DNA of 64,000 bases from positions 124,001 to 188,000 of the forward strand of contig JASANG010001881.1 in NCBI GenBank assembly GCA_030248215.1, in the 5' to 3' direction. Positions 37,501 through 49,400 of the stretch are shown piece by piece (positions within the stretch are counted from its first letter, which is position 1; every line of letters begins with the position of its first letter). The stretch is from Enoplolaimus lenunculus (Eukaryota). The position numbers and the translations under genes were made by a program. The notes under the pieces were generated by a model. It saw only the letters and a list, made by a program, of their open reading frames with translations, searched no databases and was not told where the DNA came from.

Positions 37501-40500
37501 TATAAACGTGTATATTTGGTCTTAAACCGTAAATTTGGCGATAAATGAGAAATAATCCTCTTAGAGTCGACAAGTTAAAGCGTCATTCGCTTAAGCTTAC
37601 CTTTAGCCTACATTTGCTGTTAGGCTTATATTCACGCCCAAGCTTAATCTTCCAATTGGTCTTTGACCTGTTCTCATCATTGGTTATTTGACATTTTAAC
37701 CACATTCAGGCAACGATAATTACACCTGCCTCCAGTCAAACATTAATCTGATTCGCTACTGGCAGTTTCACATTGTCCAATCATATTTGCCGAGTTACCT
37801 GCTCGTAGTCGCAAGTTGGATTTCGTTTTGGATCGACTCAGCTGCAGTGCCGGCTCGCGTTTCTTTGAGTGTCACCCTGTTGTTATCGATTGTGAGCCAA
37901 GCATCAGCCGTTCGAATGGGTCTTCCATTGGTATCGTACCTAAAGGTACAAAGAATAAAGCGTTGCTAACATTTTATATCGCGAGGGAATAATTTTCATA
38001 CGGCAACTTCTTTCGCTACCTCTGAAATCTGAAACGTTTATTCTAAATGATATTAACAGTGCTTGGTCTTAGTATTCTAGAAGTTTCGGCCCATGTAAAG
38101 ATCAGGGGCGGAACGTTTTATCTGTGGGACTGCAGTTGGTAAAGTTTAAGCTTTAGAATAATTTTATTTTGCTTGGCTTTATAATGTATGAGAAGCTTTC
38201 TCTAGGGCCTTTAAATTTAGCCCCTCCTAGAAAATTTTCAACCTTGCTTGTAAGTCACCGAAAACTCTTGTACGATCCTCCTGAAAAATATTTAGCCCCG
38301 CTAGCAAGGTGAGCTGGATACGGGTCAGTTTCACCTGTTGTCGGCTGATCATTTTTGGACTCGTTTAAAACACACGTGGTGCAGTAACATGAACGCCTGT
38401 TCAATAGCCACGTACGTGTAGCACAGCGGAGAAATGGGTTCCAAGTAAGAACCCAATTGGGAATTAATCCTAATTGAGTTGATCCATCTGCCTTGTGACG
38501 TCACTCATGACCATTAACAACAAATGTATGCACGTCAGTTGTTTTTTCAAAATAATGATTCAATATTTAAACAGCAAACAATTATTAAACTGAAGCATAC
38601 AGCAAAATTGTGATGCGTGTAAAATTTGCAATATTTTCTGGCGTTGAATTCATTTTAGAGTTGATAATCTGTTAGGTGAACAAGAGTATGCAACATGGTA
38701 CATTTTGTGTGAAACATAATTTTCGTCCCACGGCCCTAATTTCTGGGGAGATCAGACTCGTGAAATTGTTTCATTTTCATAATTTTAAATATTCAAATTC
38801 CGAGTTTAGGTTGATAAAATTCTATCAATTTAGGTTTGTTTTTCGACTTTGGTGTCTTGTATTATAAAGCCAAGTCATACATGCTCATATAAAATAACGG
38901 GCTAATGCTACATTAAGGGGCATAACAGTAGATTAAGCGTATTCCTAAGCCTAAGCCTAAGCCTATAATGTCTAAGCAAACAAATCAATCTAGAACCTAA
39001 ACCTACTCTTTTTTGGACCGACCAGAAAACTGGACGCCCCTTAAAGTAACATGGGCCAAATAATGTAATTCCAATAAGAAATAATTACTTGTTCGCGGTT
39101 CAGCGCACCCTAAAGTGACCTGACGTCCTCTACGGTTCCTTGCTTGCACTGTCATTTTAGATTACAATTTCAGGCAATTGACGTTTGGATGTTTGTTTGT
39201 ATATTTTATATCTTCGCAGCATTGATTGAATTTTCGCTAATGAATAACGCGAATCAATTGAAAAAGCAACGCGAAAGTAAGCTTACAACCAAGGTGTTAA
39301 AATTATAAACCTTGAATTTTTTAAAAATATTTAGATATAAATTTAATTTCTTAGCTAATCGTTTTTATCACGTAATGTCATTTTTTAAACAACGACACAC
39401 GTCTATAGCGATGATAGTGTTCCGAAGCCGTATCTACAATTGTGTGTAGCACCTATGGCCTGTTTATAATAGGTCCCCCTATCTCTGAAAAAAATTTTGT
39501 CCCCCTAGAACATTTTCAACCTTGCTCGTAAGTCATCGAAAACACATGTATACTCGTCGTGAAAATTTTTTAGCGTCCCTAGCAAGGTGAGCTGGCTACG
39601 GGCGTGTGCATTTGTTAAAAGTTAGAAAAAAATCAGATGTTTTGGCAAATAAATTGCTATGGTATTTAAAACAAAATATTTTACAACTCGGCCGGTATTT
39701 TGAAATTCAAGTAGCGTTTGTCGATATTTCGTCATATCATTTGTAAACTATAGAATCAACGAATGGTGCACTTTGAAAATTGGCAATTTTTTCATTTGAT
39801 CAACCCTGCCACCGTGCGTAAAACTGTTAAGCACGGCGACTTCGGCAGGCCGATTGATTCAGGCCTGTGAGGACCCCCCCTGGTCCCCTCTATCTTCGGG
39901 CCGCTCAAATGTGTTAATTTTAACACATTATTTACTGTATCTCTATTAGATGAATTTTACACAATACTACTCGCGTAGGTCTATTTTGTATTTTAGCTTG
40001 GTGCGGTGACAGATTTGACTCGTGTCTGCCAAAGCGAAAAATGAAACAACAGCCTGAAGAAATTGCAATGACACCTGTTCAAGGAGAATCGGTAAATGTT
40101 TTACGAACGAAAATCAGGTTAACACTAAATAAATCTCAAATTGACCAGAATGAACAACTCGAAGTGGATAATTTGTTTTGTTTCGTAACGCAGAAGAGAT
40201 ATCACTCACGCAACTGCGCCAGATGAGGGATATCACTCACGCAACTGCGCCAGATGAGGGATATCGCTCACGCAACTGCGCCAGATGAGGGATATCACTC
40301 ACGCAACTGCTCCAGATGAGGGATATCACTCACGCAACTGCGCCAGATGAGGGATATCACTCACGCAACTGCGCCAGATGAGGGATATCACTCACGCAAC
40401 TGCGCCAGATGAGGGATATCACTCACGCAACTGCGCCAGATGAGGGATATCACTCACGCAACTGCGCCAGATGAGGGATATCACTCACGCAACTGCGCCA

Positions 40501-42211
40501 GATGAGGGATATCACTCACGCAACTGCGCCAGATGAGGGATATCACTCACGCAACTGCACCACATGAGATATCACTCACGCAACTGCGCCAGATGAGAGA
40601 TATCACTCACGCAAGTGCACCAATGAGCGATATCACTCACGTAACTGCACCAGATGAGAGATATCACTCACGCAACTGCACCAGATGAGAGATATCACTC
40701 ACGCAACTGCGCCAGATGAGGGATATCACTCACGCAACTGCATCACATGAGAGATATCACTCACGCAAATGTACCACATGAGAGATTTCTCTCACGCAAC
40801 TGCACCAGATGAGAGATATCACTCACGCAACTGCGCCAGATGAGAGATATCACTCACGCAACTGCGCCAGATGAGGGATATCACTCACGCAACTGCATCA
40901 CATGAGAGATATTACTCACGCAACTGCGCCAGATGAGGGATATCACTCACGCAACTGCATCACATCAGAGTTATCACTCACGCAAATGTACCACATGAGA
41001 GATTTCTCACACGCAACTGCGCCAGATGAGGGATATCACTCACGCAAATGCACCAGATGAGAGATATCACTCACGCAACTGCGCCAGATGAGGGATATCA
41101 CTCACGCAACTGCATCACATGAGAGATATCACTCACGCAAATGTACCACATGAGAGATTTCTCTCACGCAACTGCGCCAGATGAGGGATATCACTCACGC
41201 AAATGCACCAGATGAGAGATACCACTCACGAAAATGCACCAGATGAGAGATATCACTCACGCAAATGCACCAGATGAGAGATATCACTCGCGCAAATGCA
41301 CCACATGAGAGATATCACTCACGCAAATGCACCAGATGAGAGATAACACTCAGCAACCAGATGAGAGATATCACTCCCGCACCTGCATCAGATGAGATAT
41401 CGCTCACGCAACTGCACCAGATGAGAGATATCACTCACGCAACTGCACCACATGAGAGATATCACTCACGCATTACCACACAAAAGTGCAATACTGGTCA
41501 ACAGAGTTCATAAAATTTATAAAACGGGACGTTTTTTGTATCAGCCGTTCGGATCTCGTTTTGGAATCTGCATTTTTTGCGATCTCCTTACATCAACCAT
41601 TTTTCATAATGGCTAAGTTTCTGAAATCTTACTTTAGTATTTACTTACGTTATACTTAGCGATTACTTAATGTCACCGACTTATTAAAGTGAGTACTTGA
41701 ATTTTCGAGCAAAAATAATCACCAAATATGAGACATTGTCGTAACAAAAAAGTAATAGTTTAGCTTTATATCACGGAGTACTATATATTAAGTTACAATT
41801 TCAATTAGATCAACTTTAGCATGCCTTGAACGGTTAATTTATAATATATCAAATAAGCCAGCGACTTCAAGTAACTTAACTTTTAAGTAAACTTTTAAAA
41901 ACGAGAAAATGGTTAAGTAATTACTTAAACACGCATTTAAGTTCAATGTTGTACAAATGTAGTGTTTCAGAAATCCAGCCAATACGTAAAAATTTATGTC
42001 TTATATATTGGAAGTTTTATAATTTATGCTTTTTCAGTCAACAGTCGAGGCGGAAAAGCAACCGCGACCACCAGCGCGATTAGACTCCCAATCGCCACCG
42101 TATCATATGATATTCTACAATATTGATAGTCTGGCTAGATACGTGTTTCCGATTACATTCATTATATTTAATATTATTTATTGGACATCGTACACTGTAT
42201 CTGAAACATAA
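31584..42211 (+). CDS. Cys-loop ligand-gated anion-type channel subunit (GlyR/GluCl-like fold, ligand unknown), 10 exons, 439 aa. Exons: 31584-31630, 32042-32187, 33642-33706, 35508-35624, 36310-36499, 36956-37102, 37710-37945, 39174-39276, 39997-40091, 42038-42211
   Basis: Phase-consistent GT-AG splicing. Signal peptide MIISALLMFVIVSLV, WMPDLYF, Cys loop CQLKLQKYPLDSQQC, loop C Cys pair, M1 YLPSYLLVVASWISFWI, M2 PARVSLSVTLLLSI, M3 AIDVWMFVC, M4 IDSLARYVFPITFIIFNIIYW. AATAAA at about 42221. Confidence 0.92.
32346..32533 (+). mobile_element. GGCC-ended TTAGGC MITE (a/b hybrid ends)
   Basis: GGCCAATGTAAAGATGAGGGGCG .. CGGCCGTGTTCTATACATTGGCC. Confidence 0.75.
33247..33563. mobile_element. CAAGAG-ended element (P-element-like termini) nested in a CACTG family B MITE
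   Basis: CAAGAG..CTCTTG, flanks ATTTGAC/ATTTGAT; relative at about 46987-47273. Confidence 0.65.
35094..35423. mobile_element. TTAGGC MITE (subfamily a) with a subfamily b copy (35245-35396) nested inside
   Basis: Inner flanks GTTACTGC/GTTATGGC; two sets of GGCC.ATGT ends. Confidence 0.7.
38900..39057 (-). mobile_element. GGCC-ended TTAGGC MITE (subfamily c)
   Basis: TSD AAATAACG/AAATAATG. Confidence 0.75.
40197..41480. repeat. 31-bp minisatellite, about 41 copies, in last intron of the anion channel gene
   Basis: Unit GATATCACTCACGCAACTGCGCCAGATGAGG, period 31, no unique spacers. Confidence 0.97.
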
Positions 42212-43125
42212 GCGATACAAAATAAATTTTTTTAAGTTTTAAACGATTTTTTGCCTAGGGTTATAGACTTAGACTTAGGAATATGCTTGTTCCACCCTTG
42301 TTCTGCACATTTGCCTAAACTTTAGCCATTTAAACAGCAATTGGTATTTCGAATTGGTATCTCGAATATTTATAAATTATTTTACTACAAATTTATAAAG
42401 CAAATATTTAATTGTCAAACCGTAAAACTAAAACCGTTTCTCACGCAAATAGTCTCTGTTTTCTCTGAAACCTAAAATTTGATGGCAGGTTTCGAACACT
42501 GAGACAGTAATGCGGGGTGTTTACCACCACTACTCAGCTATTGGAGCTTGACCCTTGAGGGGGCGTCATGTATTGTGGGAATTTTGTACTGCACATACGT
42601 CAAGCATTTGCTCAGTTAGTGCTATAACGTCAGCACTAAAAATCTGTTTGTACAACCGGTGGCGAGGAAATAGCGGAGCCAGAGATAAACAAAATTGGCC
42701 GCAGTCTGATGTGAAGCCGGTGGTGAAACGAAAGTATGCATTTAAAATTATGTTTAATTTTCTAATTTTAGCAAATATTCGTATGGTGCTAAATCTTTTT
42801 CGTTTTGCACATATTTTTTTACGAAATCTCGGTAATTTTCTACTCAAAGCAGTACCAAAAGTTAAAACGGAACACACAGAATAATTAAATTTAATAAAAA
42901 TCGCAGAATTTCACTAGCGAGATCACCGGAAACACCGGCAGAAATTGTGCCGGAGGCAGTGGTTAGTTTTCTACCTGAGCTGGAACCAAAAGTAGACCTG
43001 CGGTTGTACCTGCTGTTTAATGGTGTGCTGCAGTGACCCGAATATAGAGGAAGGACTATTATGTATTAGGCCTCTTCGTTTGAGGGTACCTCCTCTGTTA
43101 TTCAGTTACCGACTGTTATTTTTTC

Positions 43126-43772
43126 GGGGTTCACGTTATAACTGGGGCAGCTTGGAACACGTTTTGTCCAAGTTGATTCGACGTCAACATAAAATTTTGC
43201 GATCTGATTAGTGGTTATGTAAACCAAATGTGAATGTCACATGACATTGACTTACAAACCACTAATCTCAAGCGATCATCGTATACAAATAGCCATTTGT
43301 CATGTGATGCTGCGGGACATTTATGCAAGTATTATATAATATTCCAAAATTCTACTAAATATCATATGATATTTATGTAGGAAAACGGAATTTGAGCGGG
43401 CCAATAAAATAGTAAAAAGTCAGATAGTGCAGCATTAAATGATTTAAAATGTTGCATTAGCTTCAACGTCTCTGTTTATTCCTAAGCACAAATAATTCAA
43501 ATTTCAAATTTTAGTATCATATGACATTCTACAGGACAATCAAGCTAGTTTACCACAACTGTGCAAACATTTTCAAACACATCATATGATACTCACAGAC
43601 ATTATATGGAATATCATATGATACTGCAGTACAAACAGTCTATGTTACATCAGGTTAGCAGACAATTCAAATTTTTTGAATCCGATAGCGGATAAATGGT
43701 CAGAAAAAATGTTACCAGCTATAGTGATAGAGACAAAACGTGTTCCAGGCTGCCCCAATTATAACGTGAACC
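43126..43772. mobile_element. TIR element with ATCATATGAT motifs
   Basis: About 40-bp TIR GGTTCACGTTATAACTGGGGCAGCTTGGAACACGTTTTGTC / GACAAAACGTGTTCCAGGCTGCCCCAATTATAACGTGAACC. Confidence 0.85.
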
Positions 43773-44695
43773 ATGCATTAACCAACGCTCCACCACCTTT
43801 CGTTGCTGATATATATCCGGTACTGCAATTATCCGTTGAATTAAACCATTGTCTTCTATCAAAAGCTTGAGCGATAAAGCAAGGTTATACTGAAACAATA
43901 ACAAATTTAAGCGTAACTTTGATTGATCAGCGATTTTAATAATAGACAGCGATTTAATATGTGGCGCAAAATTGTGTCATTTTTTGCGCATAATGTCAAT
44001 ATTATGCTTTTGGTTATATTGAATTAACAGTGTTTTGATACTTTTCACCGTCGATACCGTTTGGCGAGTTGAAGAGTTGAAACTGTGAGTCAGTAAAGCC
44101 AACGCCGACGCGGCCCCGCAGAAGTTGTCTCTTTCTGGCTACTCTACGCGACTTTTCCGCTGCGTGGGTAACTACAAAAGTTCTAAATTAGCTACAGGTC
44201 ATCACACGTGTTTCAAATTCGATTTGCTGTTTTACTCTTAACTAAACAGAGAACTGTGGATGTTTAAACGGCATAATTTCTTAGCTAGGGCTGTACACGT
44301 CCGAATTTCAGAATAAATGTATGATGTAAGAATGTTCGGTGAAAAGACTAGATTAGTGCAGTTCATTGGGAAAATTAAACAAGAAGAATTCAACTTGAAA
44401 TCAAGTTAGTGTAAGCAAGTAATCTGGGGGACAGGTCTTATAACTGTCGAATCAGTTTTCATTACACTTGCATTTGATTTGCTTTTTTTGTAATAATTCG
44501 GATTTGGACCTTTTTCGGCTGTGTTTCAGATCATTGATACCGGCGAGAACGCTCTTCAAAAAGGCTGGTTTTGTAGATTTACTACAGACCAGTTTTACAG
44601 AACGGCACGGTTATAGTTATACATTTACAAGTTATACAATGGCAGTCAGGCAGTAAATGGTATTACCCGGCAGTTCGCCTAGTCTGGCACAAACC

Positions 44696-46219
44696 TGTCA
44701 GTCTAGGTAGGAACCGGGGCTTCAGACTTTTTTTACTAAATGTCATAAGTTGGGTAGGCTAGGGTACGACAGTTTTTAGTTCTGAGTTCTTGGCAACTGA
44801 AAATGAGGGACGCTCCCAGGAGGTTTCGAACTCGGTCGAAAGATTATCAGTCCAGCGCGCTATCCACTGAGCCACGCCGATTCACAATCAACTGCTGAGT
44901 TTTTCTGTTTTTATGCCTTATAAGAACCTCAATATTATACACATGTATCTTGGTTCTTCCAATGTTTTACTGCTGCTGCATATGAAGGCACTAGATATGC
45001 AGCAGTGATTTTACCGATGTGCAGCATCAGCATGAGGTTATTATTTGCCTCCATACATCCGCATATCACACTAAACAGTTGGAAAAGCGGGCCTCCGGAG
45101 CGGCGAGCAAACTCTCAGCCTACGAATCCTTAAGCCAACACTCTACCACTGCGCCACGTATCCCGCCTATCCAACTACAATTTCGTCGACTATATGCATC
45201 GACCGTAAGCTGCCAGCTAGCATTCGTACATACAACGCACTGCACTATATTGCATGTGGGCATAACCGACAAGCATGTCTCACATGTTTAACCTGAGTTA
45301 CTGTTTCTGTATGTGACGATAAGGTTGATCTTAATGCCGATATCTTGTTTTACTAGTTGTTTCTTTATGCATAATGTATATATTGTATGCAAAACTGATT
45401 AAATTTTGGCGCGTGTTTCGAGCGGATAAATCCCGAGTACCCCGTGCACCCGTTAAACGCACTGCCTACGCAATGCGGACTCAGGCGCCTAGCGCACCGC
45501 ACTCGGGACTACACAAAAATAGCATAACCGAAAAACGATGTGACGCAGTGCCAAACTGCCGCGCTATAACAAAACCTAAGTTGGCGGTCAAGGAACGACC
45601 TTGTAGAAAAACCGGGGGATGTGACATGCGGATGCATGGAGGTAAAATGAAGCCTCATGCGGATGGTGCACGTCGGTTAAAACTGATGCATAGTAGTGCC
45701 TTTATATGCATCAGCAGTGAAATATGTAGGAACCAAGATACTTACGTGTAACGTTGAACGTTGAGGTTCTTATAAGGCATAAAAACCTGAAAACTCAGCA
45801 GCTGATTGTGAGGCGGTGTGACTCAGTGGTAGCGCGCTGGAGTGAAAGTCTCAGCCATGGGTCATTGGATCGACCTCGTAAGAACGTCTCTCATTTTTAG
45901 CTGCAAGAACTCAGAACTGAAAACCGTCGTTAGGATACCTACCAAACTTGTCACAGTCAGTTTCAAAACCTATTGCTTGTAAGCATGTGAGATATGCTTG
46001 CCCGTTACGTGCACATGCAATATAATGCAGTGCATTGTATGTATGCTTGTCGACAGCATGCGGTCGACATGTACACGTAGTCTAGAAAAATGCCGTTGGA
46101 GAGGCGGGCGGTGTGGTCAGTGGTCGAGCGTCTGCCTAAGGATCTGTAGGTGCTGTTTGTAAACCACCCGTTACCGAGTTCTCCAGCTGTTTATGTCCCG
46201 GTTCCTACCTAGATTGACA
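44696..46219. mobile_element. Nest of two short TG..CA (solo-LTR-like) element types, each in two inverted copies, each with tRNA-like A/B boxes: X 44741-45070 (-), X' 45620-45955 (+), W 44696-45318 (interrupted by X), W' 45956-46219
   Basis: X has 5-bp TSD CTAAA; X' has TGTGACA..TGTCACA ends, an upstream purine-rich tract and CTTATAAG; W and W' share TGTCA.TCTAGGTAGGAACCGGG. Confidence 0.7.
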
Positions 46220-46403
46220 TCGCTACTTTTGATAGGTGTTATTCAGCTTTTAGAATATGGGACTAGGAATAAGCGACTATCTAGCAGTTTATGTCCCCAC
46301 ATTGTTGTTTTTTAATGATTTTGTTGGTGTTTTTAGCCCTTACTTAACTCATCAGATTTAGGAATTGAGTATATAATTGTTGTTCCTATATCGTGAAAAA
46401 TAA

Positions 46404-49400
46404 ATGGGTCTAAAAGCGCTCATATTAGTTGGAGGATATGGCACCAGGTTGAGGCCATTAACGTTAACTGTGCCAAAACCACTTGTGCAATTTTGCAACA
46501 AACCAGCGATGCTACATCAAATTGAAGCTCTTGTTAGGGTAAGTAAGAATGTTTTATCAAAAATATTTCGCGGGAAACAGAGACAGGAACCGGAACCGGA
46601 ACCGGGATTGCAAGCATATTACACCACCGGATTACTGCTCATTCACTATAATTCAAAGTATAAAGTACTCTGTTATTTGAAGCAAAATGTAAAAATTGTG
46701 GTTTCTGCGTTTTTCAACGCCGGAACCGGAACAAGAATTTAACTTTTGCACTACAAGAAGAGATAGATTTCAGTAACGCGCGAGTCCTAGTTTTGGCGCA
46801 TATACAACCTAACCTTTGTAAGAAGCCTTTCTTTGATACAAAGTACGTTGCAAGTAAGAGAAACACTGTTTCACGGATGTATGGTGGTTGTTAATCGTGA
46901 AAGCAAACTCTGTAATGTCCGTTGTACGTCGTTGCTTGGCTAACAGAAAACATTTTATTTTATTACGTTGGTCAGTTCAAGCTTAACAAGAGTGTGCAAC
47001 TGGTCACATTCTGTGCAGAAAAGAATGTAACCTTCACGCTTTGCGGTTTTGCCCTACCCCCTTTGTTTAGAAGGAGGTACAACCGGTGCGAACCACGACA
47101 CTTTATATATGCTGCGTCAAACATGCTCCCGTTATAGATTAATTTAAATTTATTCATGTAATAGCTAACCCCTTCTACACAAGGGGTGGTCGGCCGAAAA
47201 CACAACACCCGATGGTACATTTTGCACCATGCGGAATCCCAAGAGTTGCACACTCTTGTATCATGCACTCTTGATTTAATCAACTTGTATCGATATGATA
47301 ATTGTTCATATCGAAAACAATTTTTATTCTCCAAGTGAACCAATCAATTGTTATGGTTTAGGCTGGTGTAACTCATATCATTCTTGCTGTCAGTTATCGA
47401 GGAGAAATGTTGGAAAAAGCACTTGCCGCTGAAGAAGAGCGTTTGGGTATCAAGATTACACTGTCGTTTGAAGAAGAACCGTTGGGAACAGGTAGAAAAG
47501 TGTTCTAGTTTTCCATTATATTAGTATATATAATGATCCCAATAATTTTTAACCAAAATGGGCGTCTTTTCATTAAGGTATCTGTTTGCTAGAAATGTTC
47601 CAGATATAGTATCAGCAAAGATTAGTATACCATTAAAACTGTTAACGGTACATTTTGAACCGGGAGTGAATTCATGACGAACAAATGTGAAAGCTTGCAA
47701 CATATCTGTAACGTCTGTACTATTTCTCTAGACCTTGAGCTCGTAGCCAAAGATGGTGAGACTTTGGAAAAAGTTTGCCCCTCCCCTTTTCAAACATGTA
47801 TCATCGCAAACCCTTGTATGCCCTTCCTAAAAATTTTCCAGCCCCCCAGCAAGGTGAGCTGGCTACGGTCTTGCTTGGCCGAAACATATGCACACAAGTC
47901 ATAATTTTTGTTCATTTAAAATTTATATAAGTTTTCATATATACTAGACATCGTTGAGGATTTCTTAATTGCACCTGCGACTATTATTTGTTCGTGAAAT
48001 TTATGTGCTTCACATATACTTCTGAGAATACCGTATTAAGTATAACTACTTGATGCTTTTTATGCCCAGTTCTTATTTCAGCGGGACCTTTGGCATTAGC
48101 TCGTGAGCTTTTGGATGGCGATGATCCATTTTTCGTACTCAACTCAGATATAATTTGTGACTATCCATTCCGCCAAACGTTGGAATTCCATAAGCATCAC
48201 GGCCGAGAGGGCACGCTAGTGGTACGTGTTTTGGCAAATATTACTTCTTGATGTTGGAACGATGTGAGTTAAGCACCTTTAATATTCGGACCTGTGCCCA
48301 TATTCTCAAACTCGAATAGCACCAAAATATAGCCAGTTGGCCTATGATCTTGGAAATTTCGATTCAATGATTGGTGAGCTTTGAAATTTGGCACATGTTT
48401 ATAATTCACATTCACTCATACAACTTGTGAGCAGATTTTCAGATTTACATCTGCAGCAATTCTGCTGTTGAATAACCTATTACACGCAGCAGAGATTGCG
48501 GTTCCTGGATGTAAAAACGGCAGACGAAAAAGTGAAATTTTATTTAACGTCCGTTTTCAGCTCACCGACATTATGTTTATATATGTGTCACGTAGGGTTC
48601 AACTGGATATCCGGCTCCGACAAAAACCGACACCGCCTTCGGTTATAACCTGCTGAATATTTGTTCTGATAATCATCAAATAATTGAAATATATACTTCT
48701 ATTTTTAATTGGAATTTGCAAGTTTATATTACTGAGCGAGTTAATAACAGTCAAAATTTTTTTCATTTAAGCTGTTGATTAGTATTATAATTTCGTTGGT
48801 TCTATTAGTAAATTTCAGAACTGAATTATGAAAATCTGTCACTAGTTTTTTTGTTACAAAACCATGTGTACACTAAATATCCGGCTCCGGTAACAGTTGC
48901 CGAGCAGGATATTGAACTATGCTGTTCCGGCATTTTTTGGTATTCGGTTGATTTTTTGTATTACGTATGTTATATGTAACTGTTATATATTTTGGTCACG
49001 GTTGTTGCGAAATTTAGGCAACAAAATCATTGTGTGCCATGTCGTAGTTTTCATTGTTTGGTTTATAATAAACTGTGGCATTTCAGGTGACGAAAGTTGA
49101 AGATCCATCAAAATACGGTGTGATACAGTTCGAAGAAAGCGGATTGATTCAACGATTTGTCGAAAAGCCTGAAGAGTTTATTTCCAATAAAATTAATGCT
49201 GGTGTTTACATATTCAATCCCAAAGTATTGAACAGGATACAGGTAATAGTATCCGTGTAATGACTGGAGCAATGTCTTGTCCGCTGTTTGTTGTATATGC
49301 TTAGTAAAATCCCAGTGATTAAGTTATATTTTTATTTAAACAATTTTTTCCAACCTATAAATTTAGGGTAGCAAAACAAGTTATATACTATCGGTGCTAC

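Noticed and set aside
40197..41480. Possible CRISPR array (31-bp period)
   Set aside because: Units are head-to-tail with no unique spacers, no cas genes, and the context is a eukaryotic intron.
44060..44170. GC-richer segment ending in GG|GTAACT as a possible GMPPB 5' UTR exon
   Set aside because: Plausible, but not supportable without transcript data.
44810..44885. Possible tRNA gene (GAT anticodon) on the minus strand
   Set aside because: A and B boxes are present, but the acceptor and anticodon stems do not pair. It lies inside a repeated element, so it is treated as tRNA-derived.
44696..46219. Single DNA transposon with long TIRs, or a DIRS-type element
   Set aside because: No TSD at the outer ends, module order is not mirror-symmetric, the inner module has its own TSD, and there is no recombinase or RT ORF.
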